From Candidatus Jordarchaeales archaeon (lineage in GTDB: Archaea > Asgardarchaeota > Jordiarchaeia > Jordiarchaeales > Freyrarchaeaceae), in contig JAWCFL010000019.1 in the NCBI GenBank assembly GCA_038858525.1, positions 1 to 32,000 of the forward strand: a DNA stretch of 32,000 nt. Direction: 5' to 3'. The first letter of the stretch is position 1, and each line of letters opens with the position of its first letter. The position numbers and the translations under genes are program-made. Below the pieces are notes generated by a model. It did not search any database. It was not told the DNA's origin and saw nothing but the letters and a program-made list of their open reading frames with translations. This document shows positions 8,852-18,661 of this stretch, piece by piece.

Positions 8852-9798
8852 TGAGGGTCTTTGCTGTCGCGGAGCACAGGCTCGGAGAAATTAATCCTGT
8901 AAGCCTTGAACTCTTAAACTTCGCCAACAAGATTAAGGGTGACGGGACAAGCGAAGCAGTTATTGTTGGCGATGATGTACGGGCGCTATCGAGCGTCCTT
9001 GCCGGTTGCGCAGATAAAGTCTGGGCTTTAAGCGGAAGCCAGCTCGAACATTATAATCCTGAATCCCACGCCGACGTCCTGTTACAGCTTTTCGAGAAAG
9101 AGCCGCCTGACCTAGTGCTTCTAGGTAACACTTCTCAAGGGTGTGAGCTTGCTCCCCTTCTAGCTGTAAGGCTTCGGTGCCCAATCGTGACGGACGTCGT
9201 TGGCGCGTCAGTTGAAGGCGGGCTTATTGTTTCACGCTACATATACCAAGGAAAACTCATGGTGGACTTAAAATTGAACAGAACTCCGTGCGTTCTAACG
9301 GTGAGGCAGGGCGTTTTCAAGGAAGGAATAGAACTCCGCGGCGAAGTCACTGAGCTAAGGCTGACCCCATCCAAGCCTTTGAGGAGGCGCTTTTCGAGGA
9401 TTATCGAGCCGGAGGAGGGGGAGATTGACGTTTCTAAGGCTGAGGTCATAGTGGCTGTTGGAAGGGGTGCTGCGCCAAGCCTTAAGCTGGCCGAGAAGCT
9501 GGCTAGCCTCCTTAATGGGGCTGTCGCCGGCAGTAGGCCAGTAATCGATAGTGGTCTACTAGCTAAGGATAGGCAGGTTGGAATATCCGGAAAGACCGTG
9601 AAGCCTAAGGTTTACCTGGCGCTGGGGATAAGTGGCGCCTTCCAGCACGTTATGGGGATGAAAGACAGCGAGCTAATAATAGCAGTGAACAAGGACCCTC
9701 AAGCGCCGATATTCAACGTTGCCCATTATGGAGTGATAGCCGACGTGCAGGAGCTCCTCCCTAAGTTGCTAAGCAAAGTGGAAGAACGCAGAAAGTAA
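8851..9798 (+). CDS. etfA: Electron transfer flavoprotein alpha subunit
   Basis: VAVGRG, GSRP, RQVGISGKTVKP, LGISGAFQH, AVNKDPQAPIF. Confidence 0.96.
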   Translation: MRVFAVAEHRLGEINPVSLELLNFANKIKGDGTSEAVIVGDDVRALSSVLAGCADKVWALSGSQLEHYNPESHADVLLQLFEKEPPDLVLLGNTSQGCELAPLLAVRLRCPIVTDVVGASVEGGLIVSRYIYQGKLMVDLKLNRTPCVLTVRQGVFKEGIELRGEVTELRLTPSKPLRRRFSRIIEPEEGEIDVSKAEVIVAVGRGAAPSLKLAEKLASLLNGAVAGSRPVIDSGLLAKDRQVGISGKTVKPKVYLALGISGAFQHVMGMKDSELIIAVNKDPQAPIFNVAHYGVIADVQELLPKLLSKVEERRK

Positions 9799-9862
9799 TC
9801 TTTCAAACAGAAAAATACCCTCCTTTCCTCCGCCATCCATTATAAAAAAGGGGGCTTTTCAG

Positions 9863-11305
9863 TTGCTGAAGCATAGCGGCGCTCAACATTTACACATAAA
9901 CCCTCCCGATGCCTTCTTCCCCTCACTAGTGGGAATTCTCACGTTTCTCTTGCTCGCCGTGAATCCCCCCCTCCTCGTGGATGACTTCTACCACTTGAGT
10001 GTTTCTCGTCAGATATACTTTTTCGGCTTTATTCCGACCTGGGACTTCTGGGAGTTTGCTCCCCTTGGCAGACCCCACCTTTACCCTCCACTCCTTCACC
10101 TGATTATGGCTTTACTCATGAGGGCTTCGGGGGGAGACGTGTTTTTAGCCGCTAGAATCGTGAAGACCTTCACTTACCCCCTACTCCTACTTCTTTTCTG
10201 GCTCTCGGTGAGGGGGCTTGCAGGCAGGAAAGCGGCGTTCTACTCCTCTCTAACCCTGGCGTCCGCATCGCCCCTGCTTTTCCTCTCTGTTATGACGATG
10301 CCCGCAACAATAGTCCTAGCCCTCACACCGCCACTCATCACTTCCTTCATAAAAAAGAAAACTTTGCCATCACTCCTCCTACTATCAGTAGCATTATGGC
10401 TTCACTTCTCAATGCCCGTAACAGCGGTGGCAACCCTCCTAGCTCTCAGCTTAGTGAGGCGGGAAGAATACCTGAAGTTTTTCGTGAAAATAGCATCAGC
10501 GGCACTCCTCACATATCTTCCATGGCTCATCCACATAGCAAACCACGCAGAATGGATTTCTACTGTTCAAGCGGGAGGCACCCCCTTCATCCCCTTCATA
10601 GCATGGGCCTTAGCATTGCCCTCCATCATGTCGACACTAAAGTACAAGGATAACGCCTGTCTCGCCTACCTTTTTTACGCCATCTCCCTCCTCGTCTTCA
10701 TAAGTTACATGACGCGCCTCTGCCTTTACCTTCTCATCCCCCTCTCCTTCTTTGCCGGCATAACTCTCTCAAAAATAAAGTGGAGCAAGAGAAGGCTGAA
10801 AGCAGCACTCATGGTGATGTTGACGTTGTCCTTTCTGGTCGCCACACCCGCAGTTGGAGGAACCCCTCAGACCATGGACCCGTTCCAACCATTCCAGCCC
10901 CCACCATTAGAACTGGCATTTATAAAGAGCAACACATTCCTGTCCTTCTCATCCCTTCTCACGCTGGTCCTCTGGCCTCCTCACCTTAAGGGCCAGCTAA
11001 TGCCGACCATGTTCCCCATATATGTATCATCTATTTGGGTGGCTTTTAACGCTCCTCAGCCTGTATGCTACATTGGACTGGACTCAAGCCACGCTGTAGC
11101 GGTGACGGCGTTAACCGGGCTCCCTACCTCCAGCGGAATGTGGCGCGAAGTGGTGAGCCTATGGACGTTGGCGGCTTCATGGTGGTTTGCTCTGAACCAA
11201 GCCGTGGTCTACATTGTAGAAGCTCCCTTTACCGCTCCTCCCCAAGATGTCCCGTGCAGGTTGGTCTTAGACCTTGGAACGGTCAAGGTCTTCGTTAGGA
11301 CCTAA
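9863..11305 (+). CDS. Polytopic membrane protein, probable GT-C fold glycosyltransferase (ArnT/PMT-like)
   Basis: Many hydrophobic helices, with DDFYH and LYPPL in the first large loop. Confidence 0.6.
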   Translation: MLKHSGAQHLHINPPDAFFPSLVGILTFLLLAVNPPLLVDDFYHLSVSRQIYFFGFIPTWDFWEFAPLGRPHLYPPLLHLIMALLMRASGGDVFLAARIVKTFTYPLLLLLFWLSVRGLAGRKAAFYSSLTLASASPLLFLSVMTMPATIVLALTPPLITSFIKKKTLPSLLLLSVALWLHFSMPVTAVATLLALSLVRREEYLKFFVKIASAALLTYLPWLIHIANHAEWISTVQAGGTPFIPFIAWALALPSIMSTLKYKDNACLAYLFYAISLLVFISYMTRLCLYLLIPLSFFAGITLSKIKWSKRRLKAALMVMLTLSFLVATPAVGGTPQTMDPFQPFQPPPLELAFIKSNTFLSFSSLLTLVLWPPHLKGQLMPTMFPIYVSSIWVAFNAPQPVCYIGLDSSHAVAVTALTGLPTSSGMWREVVSLWTLAASWWFALNQAVVYIVEAPFTAPPQDVPCRLVLDLGTVKVFVRT

Positions 11306-11354
11306 AGAAACTTTTTTAGGAAGCCGGCCCCCATTATTTGGGGGGTGATCTGGG

Positions 11355-12191
11355 TTGGTGGGGGTAGACCTCAACGCTGTTGGTAAAGTCTCACAACCTC
11401 TAGAGTACTCTTACACTTGGAAGGATGTTGTCCTATACGCTATAGGGATAGGGGCAGGGAACGATGACCTAGACTTCGTCTACGAGAAAAAACTAAAGGT
11501 TTACCCGACGTTCGCAACAATAATAGCTCAGCCTGCCCTTGCTTGGAGCCTGTTTGAGGGGAAAGTGGACTTCACTCGGCTACTCCACGCTGAACACAAA
11601 ATCGTCCTTCACAGAGAAATACCAAGGGAGGGGAGGCTTTTCACCACAGCGAGGATAGCGAAGATATACGACAAAGTGAAGCATGCCTTGATGGTTGTGG
11701 AAGCTGAAACCAGAACGGAGAGCGGGGAGCGCCTCTTCGACAACATAGCTGGCTTCCTGATCAGGGGGGCTGGTGGGTTCGGAGGGGAACGTGGGCCCAA
11801 GGCAGGCAACGAGCCTCCGCAGAGGGAGCCTGACTTCGCGGACCAGCTTACAACGTGGAGGGACCAAAACGTCATATATCGCCTCTCGGGGGACCTGAAC
11901 CCGCTTCACATTGACCCTGACTTCGCTAAGCTGGCTGGCTTCGACAAGCCGATACTTCACGGCTTATGTACCTTCGGCTTCGCTTGCAGGTCTATTCTGC
12001 GAAAGCTTTGCGGCAACGACCCGAGCAAGATAAAGTCGTTTGAAGTCAGATTCTCAGGAGTAGTCTTCCCTGGGGACACCATAGTGACTGAGGGATGGAG
12101 GGCTGATGATGAAGGTAAAAAATACGTCATACAGTCGAAGAACCAGCACGGAAACGTTGTTCTCTCAAACGGCATGGTTGAGCTTAGGTAG
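11355..12191 (+). CDS. MaoC-family double-hotdog enoyl-CoA hydratase 2 ((R)-specific type)
   Basis: VLYAIGIGA, LLHAEH, and the hydratase-2 motif YRLSGDLNPLHID...ILHGLCTFG. Confidence 0.92.
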   Translation: MVGVDLNAVGKVSQPLEYSYTWKDVVLYAIGIGAGNDDLDFVYEKKLKVYPTFATIIAQPALAWSLFEGKVDFTRLLHAEHKIVLHREIPREGRLFTTARIAKIYDKVKHALMVVEAETRTESGERLFDNIAGFLIRGAGGFGGERGPKAGNEPPQREPDFADQLTTWRDQNVIYRLSGDLNPLHIDPDFAKLAGFDKPILHGLCTFGFACRSILRKLCGNDPSKIKSFEVRFSGVVFPGDTIVTEGWRADDEGKKYVIQSKNQHGNVVLSNGMVELR

Positions 12192-12287
12192 TCGAGGCTT
12201 AAATGGCTGCAATATAAATTTTACGTGTTAGCTTTTTAAGTGTCCTTATTATAGTAGAAAGTAGAAGCGAAAAGGTGGCTTTTTTAC

Positions 12288-12719
12288 ATGGCGCCAGACG
12301 CTCTTCTCAACGAGTTGCGTAACCTCTTCTGGGTCTTCTTCTCCAGCTACGAGGAACTTCTCGAGGAGCTTGAAAATGCGAACCTCGACCTTGAAATAGA
12401 CGAGTTCGACATAGCATTCCTCGCCCTCCTTGAATCCATACAGACGGTAAGCGCTGAAGGCAAGTTCGACGACCTCATAAACAAGTACCTGCTCAACCTG
12501 ATAAAGGACGCGAAAGCTGTCCAACTATTCAGAGAAGCAGTAACAGAAAAGCTGAGGGAGAAGGAGGAGGAAGAAATCAAAAGAAACATTCAGGAAGCCA
12601 TAGCGAACGGAGCAGAAGAAATATGCGACATAATAGAGGAAACAGCAAGCTTCTTCAAGAAGTGGCAGAACGCCTGGAGCAAGAGAAACCACTCCGACTG
12701 CAACAGCCTCTACATATAG
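12288..12719 (+). CDS. Hypothetical acidic, helical protein
   Basis: 143-aa ORF with AT-rich upstream region and GGTGG RBS. No family recognised. Confidence 0.6.
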   Translation: MAPDALLNELRNLFWVFFSSYEELLEELENANLDLEIDEFDIAFLALLESIQTVSAEGKFDDLINKYLLNLIKDAKAVQLFREAVTEKLREKEEEEIKRNIQEAIANGAEEICDIIEETASFFKKWQNAWSKRNHSDCNSLYI

Positions 12720-12752
12720 CCACCTTCCCCTATTTTTCAACAGTCAATTCAG

Positions 12753-13382
12753 CTATCTTAGGTTTAAGTCCTCAGTCTCGGCTCGCTCTATGAGTCTTGC
12801 TGCAACGTTCAGCCCAGCCCTCAGAGCTGAGGGGCAGTCCTCCGCCGACACGACCAGAACTACATCCCCCTCCTCCAACTCGAAGAACCCTCTAAGAAAC
12901 GCCTCCTCGCCTCCGTCAAGCTCCTTAACGGAGGGCACAACAAGCCTTCCACCCTTAACTATGACCGTGGTGGCGCCTCTCCCCCCACCGCTAATAGCCA
13001 GATCCCTCTCCTCAATTCCCCCAGAAATAAGGTGAGACAACCCTCTAAGCCTGAAACCGTAGTCGCACCTCCCAACGCTCAGGAAGCTCTCAGGCAGCCT
13101 CCTAAACTCAGCAATGTAACCCATAAGTTTCTCAACCACTAAGCGCCCCCTATCCGTCAACACATGCCCCTTCCTTCCAGCCGGCCTAACAAGCCCAAGA
13201 CGCTGAAGCCTGCGGAGCAACGTCCTAGCGGCAGCATCACCCAGCCCCAAAACATCCCTAACAAAGTAACGCCCCACAGGCTCCTCAGCGAGCAATAAAA
13301 GCACGCCCAGAATATCTCCCTCACGGAAACTGGGACGCACAGTTCTAGAAGCCAAAACCTCCCCAAAAAGCTCCCTAAACAA
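12753..13382 (-). CDS. DUF4443-like protein (N-terminal winged HTH)
   Basis: LGLGDAAARTLLRRLQRLGLV...GHVLTDRG wHTH, and ISGGIEERDLAISGGGRGATT. Confidence 0.75.
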   Translation of the reverse strand: MFRELFGEVLASRTVRPSFREGDILGVLLLLAEEPVGRYFVRDVLGLGDAAARTLLRRLQRLGLVRPAGRKGHVLTDRGRLVVEKLMGYIAEFRRLPESFLSVGRCDYGFRLRGLSHLISGGIEERDLAISGGGRGATTVIVKGGRLVVPSVKELDGGEEAFLRGFFELEEGDVVLVVSAEDCPSALRAGLNVAARLIERAETEDLNLR

Positions 13383-13604
13383 GTCAAACCCTCACCAAGA
13401 ATCACTACGTCATATATTCTTGAGCAAGAAAAATAAAAGTTAATCGAAAAATTTTTCATTAGCAAAGAAAAACAAGACGGCGCTCAAAGTGGCGCTTCTA
13501 GGCAGTGGATCTAGACGCTAAAGGACCTCCGAAACGCTGAAGGAAATAAAAAATAAATAAGAGCAGGTGGTTGAAAGGGCGGGAAAAGTTGAGAGGCCTA
13601 AATA

Positions 13605-14606
13605 ATGGAGCCGCTATTGCTGGTTTCCCCGGTATTATCCTTCGTCGTCGCATTTATCCTTACGAGGAGGTGGATTCCAGTCGCCCACCGCGTGGGTATC
13701 GTTGGAAAAGACATGAACAAGCCGGGCAGACCCGAGGTTGCAGAGATGGGAGGCGTTCCCGTCTTTGCAGGCGTAGCGTCAGGCCTAATGTTCTACATAG
13801 CCATTAACTCCTTTGTTCTAAATCAGAGGTCGTTAAACCTTCCGCTCTTCGCCGCTCTATCCACCATATTTATGATAACGATAGTCGGCATCATTGACGA
13901 CTCGCTCGGCTGGAAGATCGGCCTCAAACAATGGCATAAACCCCTGCTAACCATACCGGCCGCCGTCCCAATGATGGCCGCCGGAGTCGGCATATCAATA
14001 ATTTCGCTGCCGCTCGTAGGCACCATAGACCTAGGCTTGCTCTACCCCCTGCTGATCATCCCAATAGGGATAGTTGGTGCGTCTAACGGCTTCAACATGC
14101 TCGCCGGATACAACGGCTTGGAGGCAGGCATGGGCGTAATAATACTGTCAGCCATGAGCCTATACGCCTACGCCATGGGAGACAGCTGGGTGGCCATGAT
14201 AGGCATTTCCACAATCGCCGCTCTCCTAGCATTTCTCTACTTCAACTGGTACCCTGCAAAGGTGTTCCCCGGCAACACCCTCACTTACATGGTTGGAGCC
14301 ATAATGGCGTGCATGGCCATACTCGGCAACATGGAAAAACTAGCCCTCATACTTTTCATCCCCTACTACATGGACTTCATACTGCCTCTTAGAGCAAAAA
14401 TGAAGACTGAGGCTTTCGGAAAAGTAAACGAGGACGGGACACTAGACCAGCCATACAACAAGATATACGACGTAACTCACCTCTTCATACTCATAATAAA
14501 AAAAATTAAGAGAAGAGTGTACGAGAAAGACGTTACAGTAGGAGTTATACTCCTCGAGGCTTGCATCGCCTCGGTGGCAACCATAACCTTCCTGTTACTA
14601 TATTAA
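13605..14606 (+). CDS. aglH: UDP-GlcNAc:dolichyl-phosphate GlcNAc-1-phosphotransferase (AglH/Alg7, MraY-like family)
   Basis: GKDMNK, EMGG, GIIDD, NGFNMLAGYNGLEAG, FNWYPAKVFPGN; multi-pass membrane protein. Confidence 0.85.
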   Translation: MEPLLLVSPVLSFVVAFILTRRWIPVAHRVGIVGKDMNKPGRPEVAEMGGVPVFAGVASGLMFYIAINSFVLNQRSLNLPLFAALSTIFMITIVGIIDDSLGWKIGLKQWHKPLLTIPAAVPMMAAGVGISIISLPLVGTIDLGLLYPLLIIPIGIVGASNGFNMLAGYNGLEAGMGVIILSAMSLYAYAMGDSWVAMIGISTIAALLAFLYFNWYPAKVFPGNTLTYMVGAIMACMAILGNMEKLALILFIPYYMDFILPLRAKMKTEAFGKVNEDGTLDQPYNKIYDVTHLFILIIKKIKRRVYEKDVTVGVILLEACIASVATITFLLLY

Positions 14607-14630
14607 TAAAATGCTACTATATTAATAAAA
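14596..14630. repeat. 16-bp direct repeat TACTATATTAATAAAA x2
   Basis: Copies at 14596-14611 and 14615-14630. The first contains the aglH stop codon. Confidence 0.85.
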
Positions 14631-14650
14631 CTTAATTATATTTTAATATC

Positions 14651-15661
14651 GTGGTGGACAAAATGAGGGTGCTGGTGACTGGGGGCGCCGGGTTCATAGG
14701 CAGTCACATAGCTGAGCAACTTGCTAGCGAGGGGCATGAAGTCATAATATATGACGACTTCTCAACAGGCAGCATGGATAACGTGAAACACATAGCCTCA
14801 ATGGGCAATGTGAAAGTTGTTAAGGGCGACATCCTAGACTTAGCAACGTTGATGCACGCAATGGAGGGGTGTGACGCTGTTTCCCATCAAGCTGCTCAGC
14901 TCGAAATAGGTTCCGCGATAAAGGATCCAGTTACGGACGCCAGAATCAACATTGAAGGAACAATAAATGTTCTGGAAGCCGCCGTGAAGAGAAACGTAAA
15001 AAAAGTGGTTTACGCCTCCTCAGCCGGCGTCTATGGAGAAGCTGTGAGGCTTCCCCAGGATGAGGAGCACCCGAAGAAGCCCTCTTGGCCCTATGGTGTG
15101 AGCAAGTATGCAGGTGAGCTTTACTGCCTCCAGTACTCGCAGTTCTACGGCATCAAGACATGCGCTCTAAGGTATGGAATCGTTTACGGGGAAAGGGAAT
15201 GGTTTGGCAGAGTGCTGACCATGTTCATTAAGCGTGTTGTCCTCGAGAAAAAGCCCCCCGTCATATTCGGGGACGGAAATCAGACAAGGGATTTCATCTA
15301 CGTGAAGGACGTCGTCGAACTCCACAACATCCTCTTGGAAGGGGACTATGGCCGGGATTTCGAGGCTTACAATGTTGGAAGCGGCGTGGCTACACCCATA
15401 AAGGACCTTGCGGAGCTAGTCATAGAGTTGTCAGGCAACGCTCTAGAACCGTTATATGAGAACCCTCCAGAAGGGGGCTATTCTTCCATTACGGGGAGGT
15501 GGAGGATCCCCAAGGAGCTGAGGAACCTTCAGCTAGACGTTTCGAAGGCTTCGAGGGAGACGGGATGGAAGCCTAGAACAGGGCTCAGGGAGGGCGTAGA
15601 ACGAGAGATAGAGTGGGTGAAAGCTAACAGGGAGAGGTGGAACGTTAAGGAGCGGGTCTGA
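14651..15661 (+). CDS. NAD-dependent nucleotide-sugar epimerase/dehydratase (GalE-like extended SDR)
   Basis: TGGAGFIG, SSAGVYG, YGVSK, GDGNQTRDF. Start could also be ATG 14663. Confidence 0.93.
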   Translation: MVDKMRVLVTGGAGFIGSHIAEQLASEGHEVIIYDDFSTGSMDNVKHIASMGNVKVVKGDILDLATLMHAMEGCDAVSHQAAQLEIGSAIKDPVTDARINIEGTINVLEAAVKRNVKKVVYASSAGVYGEAVRLPQDEEHPKKPSWPYGVSKYAGELYCLQYSQFYGIKTCALRYGIVYGEREWFGRVLTMFIKRVVLEKKPPVIFGDGNQTRDFIYVKDVVELHNILLEGDYGRDFEAYNVGSGVATPIKDLAELVIELSGNALEPLYENPPEGGYSSITGRWRIPKELRNLQLDVSKASRETGWKPRTGLREGVEREIEWVKANRERWNVKERV

Positions 15662-16708
15662 ATGAAGCGAATACTCGTGACCGGAGCAGGAGGCCCAGCC
15701 GGGGTAAACTTCATCAAGAGTCTTAGGCTCGCCCCGGAGAAGTTTTTCATAGTGGGGTCGGACGTGAACAAGTACCATTTGGAGTTGCCTGACTGCGACG
15801 CCAGATACCTTGTTCCCCCCTACAGCCACCCTGAATACATAGACAAGCTGAACAAGATAATAAAAGCGGAAGATATAGAGTTCATTCATCCCCAGCCGGA
15901 CGTCGAAGTGAGGGTCATATCGGAGAGCAGGGAGAAACTGAAAGCGAAGACCTTTCTGCCCAGGAAGGAGACCGTGAGGATATGTCAGGATAAGAAGGCG
16001 ACAGCCGAGATCTGGGAGAGAGAAGGAATACCCGTAGCGAAGACCTTCCCGGTTGAGGATGAAGAATCTCTGAAAAAGGCAGCAAAGGTCTTAGGATTCC
16101 CCTTCTGGCTTAGGGCTACGTCGGGGGCAGGCGGGAGAGGCTCAACACCATGCCACAACCTTGAAACTGCAGCAGCATGGATCAAGTACTGGCGAAGTAG
16201 GGGAGCGAACTGGGAATTCATCGCTCAAGAATACCTGCCCGGGAGGAACATAGCCTTCCACAGCATATGGAAGAACGGCGAACTCATAGTGTCACAGGCG
16301 AGGGAAAGGCTAGAGTACATTTATCCCTCCCTTGCCCCCTCAGGAGTCACCGGGACGCCCAGCGTCGCCGTCACCATAGAGCGTGACGACGTAAATAGGA
16401 TAGCGACAGAGTGCATACTGGCCGTCGACGACAAGCCAAACGGCGTCTTCTGCGTCGACCTCAAGGAGAACAGAGAAGGAGTACCATGCCCAACCGAGAT
16501 AAACGCCGGAAGGTTCTTCACCACAAGCCTCTTCTTCCCGCAAGCCGGCCTCAACATGCCGTACATATACGTCAAGCTTGCCTACGATGAGGAGATGCCT
16601 AAACTGAAAAAGTACAACGCGCTACCTTCAGGGCTATACTGGATAAGACACATGGACTCAGGCCCCATCCTTGTGAGGGAGGGAGAATGGAGGTCAAAGA
16701 CCGTGTGA
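15662..16708 (+). CDS. ATP-grasp domain protein (carbamoyl-phosphate-synthase/PylC-like)
   Basis: LVTGAGG N-terminus, QDK, GAGGRG loop, QEYLPG, EINAGRF. Confidence 0.85.
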   Translation: MKRILVTGAGGPAGVNFIKSLRLAPEKFFIVGSDVNKYHLELPDCDARYLVPPYSHPEYIDKLNKIIKAEDIEFIHPQPDVEVRVISESREKLKAKTFLPRKETVRICQDKKATAEIWEREGIPVAKTFPVEDEESLKKAAKVLGFPFWLRATSGAGGRGSTPCHNLETAAAWIKYWRSRGANWEFIAQEYLPGRNIAFHSIWKNGELIVSQARERLEYIYPSLAPSGVTGTPSVAVTIERDDVNRIATECILAVDDKPNGVFCVDLKENREGVPCPTEINAGRFFTTSLFFPQAGLNMPYIYVKLAYDEEMPKLKKYNALPSGLYWIRHMDSGPILVREGEWRSKTV

Positions 16709-17304
16709 AAGCGGTCCTCTTTGACCTAGATGAAACCCTGCTTAAGCTCCCGGTAAACTATGAGGAGCTGAGAGAGAAGCTGAGACACTGCGCTTCCCGC
16801 CTAAACTTGAAGTTTGAGTTCCGCCGCATTCTCGAAGACATAGATGCAGCTTCACGCATTGCTGGGGACGACTTCAGAAGGGAGTGTTACGAGATAGTGG
16901 AGTCATATGAGCTTGAAGCAGCCATGAAGCCGATACCAGAACAGGACGCCGCCTACGTACTGGAGAAGCTGAAGGAGGGGGGCTTAAGGATCGGGGTTGT
17001 CTCCCGAAACTCTAGAAGGTGCATATTGGCATCCCTAGAAAAGCTCGGCCTAACAAAACACGTCGATGTTATCATAGGAAGAGAGGACACGCAGAGAACT
17101 AAGCCAAACCCTGAACCGATAATTTACGCCCTAAAGCTTCTAGGAGTTGAGGCTGACGAAGCCGTCTACGTGGGGGATCATCCATACGACCTCGCCGCGG
17201 CCTCGGCTGCAGGCGTCACGTTCATCGCTGTAGGCGACAAGATAAGGGGGTACGGGAGCCGAGTCAGGAGTCTTAGGGAAATCATCAGCCTAATCTCCAT
17301 ATAG
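16705..17304 (+). CDS. HAD-family hydrolase (phosphoglycolate phosphatase-like)
   Basis: FDLDETL, VVSRN, KPNPEP, YVGD. GTG start overlaps the upstream TGA (GTGA). Confidence 0.92.
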   Translation: MKAVLFDLDETLLKLPVNYEELREKLRHCASRLNLKFEFRRILEDIDAASRIAGDDFRRECYEIVESYELEAAMKPIPEQDAAYVLEKLKEGGLRIGVVSRNSRRCILASLEKLGLTKHVDVIIGREDTQRTKPNPEPIIYALKLLGVEADEAVYVGDHPYDLAAASAAGVTFIAVGDKIRGYGSRVRSLREIISLISI

Positions 17305-18270
17305 TCTCCTACACGTGGACATTATGACCTCCGCGGTATCCCTCCACGTGTTTAACTTAACCTCAACCCTTCCCCCATTTTCCAGTAGCCTGATGATGCT
17401 TCCTGCGATCTCCCCCCTCGTCCACTTGCAGCTCGTAACACCCGGAAACTTAACTTCTTGCGGCGCAATGACCGGTAGACCCATAGCAAGCCACTCCCTG
17501 AGCTTCAAGCTCTCAGTATTATAAGCGTTTACACCGACATCAGCCATCACGACAAACTCAGGCACACGCTCGTAAGGCACATACCCCAACACACGAACCC
17601 CACTAACGCCTTTAGCAGCCTCCATCAAAACCTCCCTAGCAGCACCATCCCCAATAATCCAAAACTCCGCGTTGGGAAAACGCTCACGAACGATATTCAT
17701 GGCTTCAATCACGGGGACAAGATACCTCACATACATGTTAGTAAGCTTGCCAATATAAACCACCAAAGGAAAATTAACACCATACTTCTCCCTAACCAAA
17801 CGCCTATCATACTTTTCAGGGTTAAAGAGCTCATTATTATACCCGTTCTCGGCAAAAACCACCTTCCACCTCAAACCACGCAGAAAAGGGTGAACAAAAC
17901 CCTTACCCGCGTTAAAAACAACCCTAGCACACCTTATAATCATTTTATCAACAATCTCAACCAAGGGAACAAGCAGCCTCTTTATTCCCCTCCAATTATC
18001 CCTACATAAGTCAGCCTTCCACTCCACAACGTCATAAAAATACTCCCCTACAAGAGGCCTCAATAAAAGTGCAAGGACACCTGCCCTAAACCCGCAGAAA
18101 ATCTTACACTTAACCCTCCTAAACCTCAACACTCCAAGAACACCAAACACGGGATTATAAGCACTAACCACCCTAACCTTACATCCCAACATTCTAAGCT
18201 CCCGACAAACATGGTAATCCCTCTGCGGAAACTTCTCATCTACCGAAGAACAAACAAACAAGACCTCCAA
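17290..18270 (-). CDS. Glycosyltransferase family 4 (GT-B)
   Basis: ENGYN, VVYIG, IIGDG, GYVPYERVPE, KLREWLAMGLPVIA. TTG start after a GGGGGTG RBS. Confidence 0.88.
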   Translation of the reverse strand: MEVLFVCSSVDEKFPQRDYHVCRELRMLGCKVRVVSAYNPVFGVLGVLRFRRVKCKIFCGFRAGVLALLLRPLVGEYFYDVVEWKADLCRDNWRGIKRLLVPLVEIVDKMIIRCARVVFNAGKGFVHPFLRGLRWKVVFAENGYNNELFNPEKYDRRLVREKYGVNFPLVVYIGKLTNMYVRYLVPVIEAMNIVRERFPNAEFWIIGDGAAREVLMEAAKGVSGVRVLGYVPYERVPEFVVMADVGVNAYNTESLKLREWLAMGLPVIAPQEVKFPGVTSCKWTRGEIAGSIIRLLENGGRVEVKLNTWRDTAEVIMSTCRRLYGD

Positions 18271-18661
18271 AGCAAACACCCCCAGACACAAAAACAAAGA
18301 AAGTGAATAAAAAAGTAATCAATCCAAAACAAACAATACGCCAGAAAAACAGGAAAACAAAGTGAGACAAAAGCTAAACGAAAACCGACAGCGTTTTTAA
18401 AAAGCCGAAACCTCTATTACGGGAAAATTCGGAGCTGAAAGGCGAAACGCCGTTTTCGAGTGATGCTTTCTGCGAATTTGATGTTTCAAAGCAAAATCTT
18501 CTTTTACAAATGTTGAAAAATTCCCAATTTTTAAGTGTCTTTTTTGCGAAAAAATTTAAAAACCCTCAAGGACGAGTTCCCAAGGGAAACTAAACTCCCC
18601 TCTCGCGGAGAAACGAAGAATCGAACCACAATTCTAGGAGCCCTCTCCGAGGTGAGGCAGT

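Noticed and set aside
18298-18661. AT-rich stretch resembling a CRISPR leader, with a GTTCCCAAGGGAAAC hairpin
   Set aside because: It is followed by a protein-coding gene, not repeats, and the hairpin occurs once.
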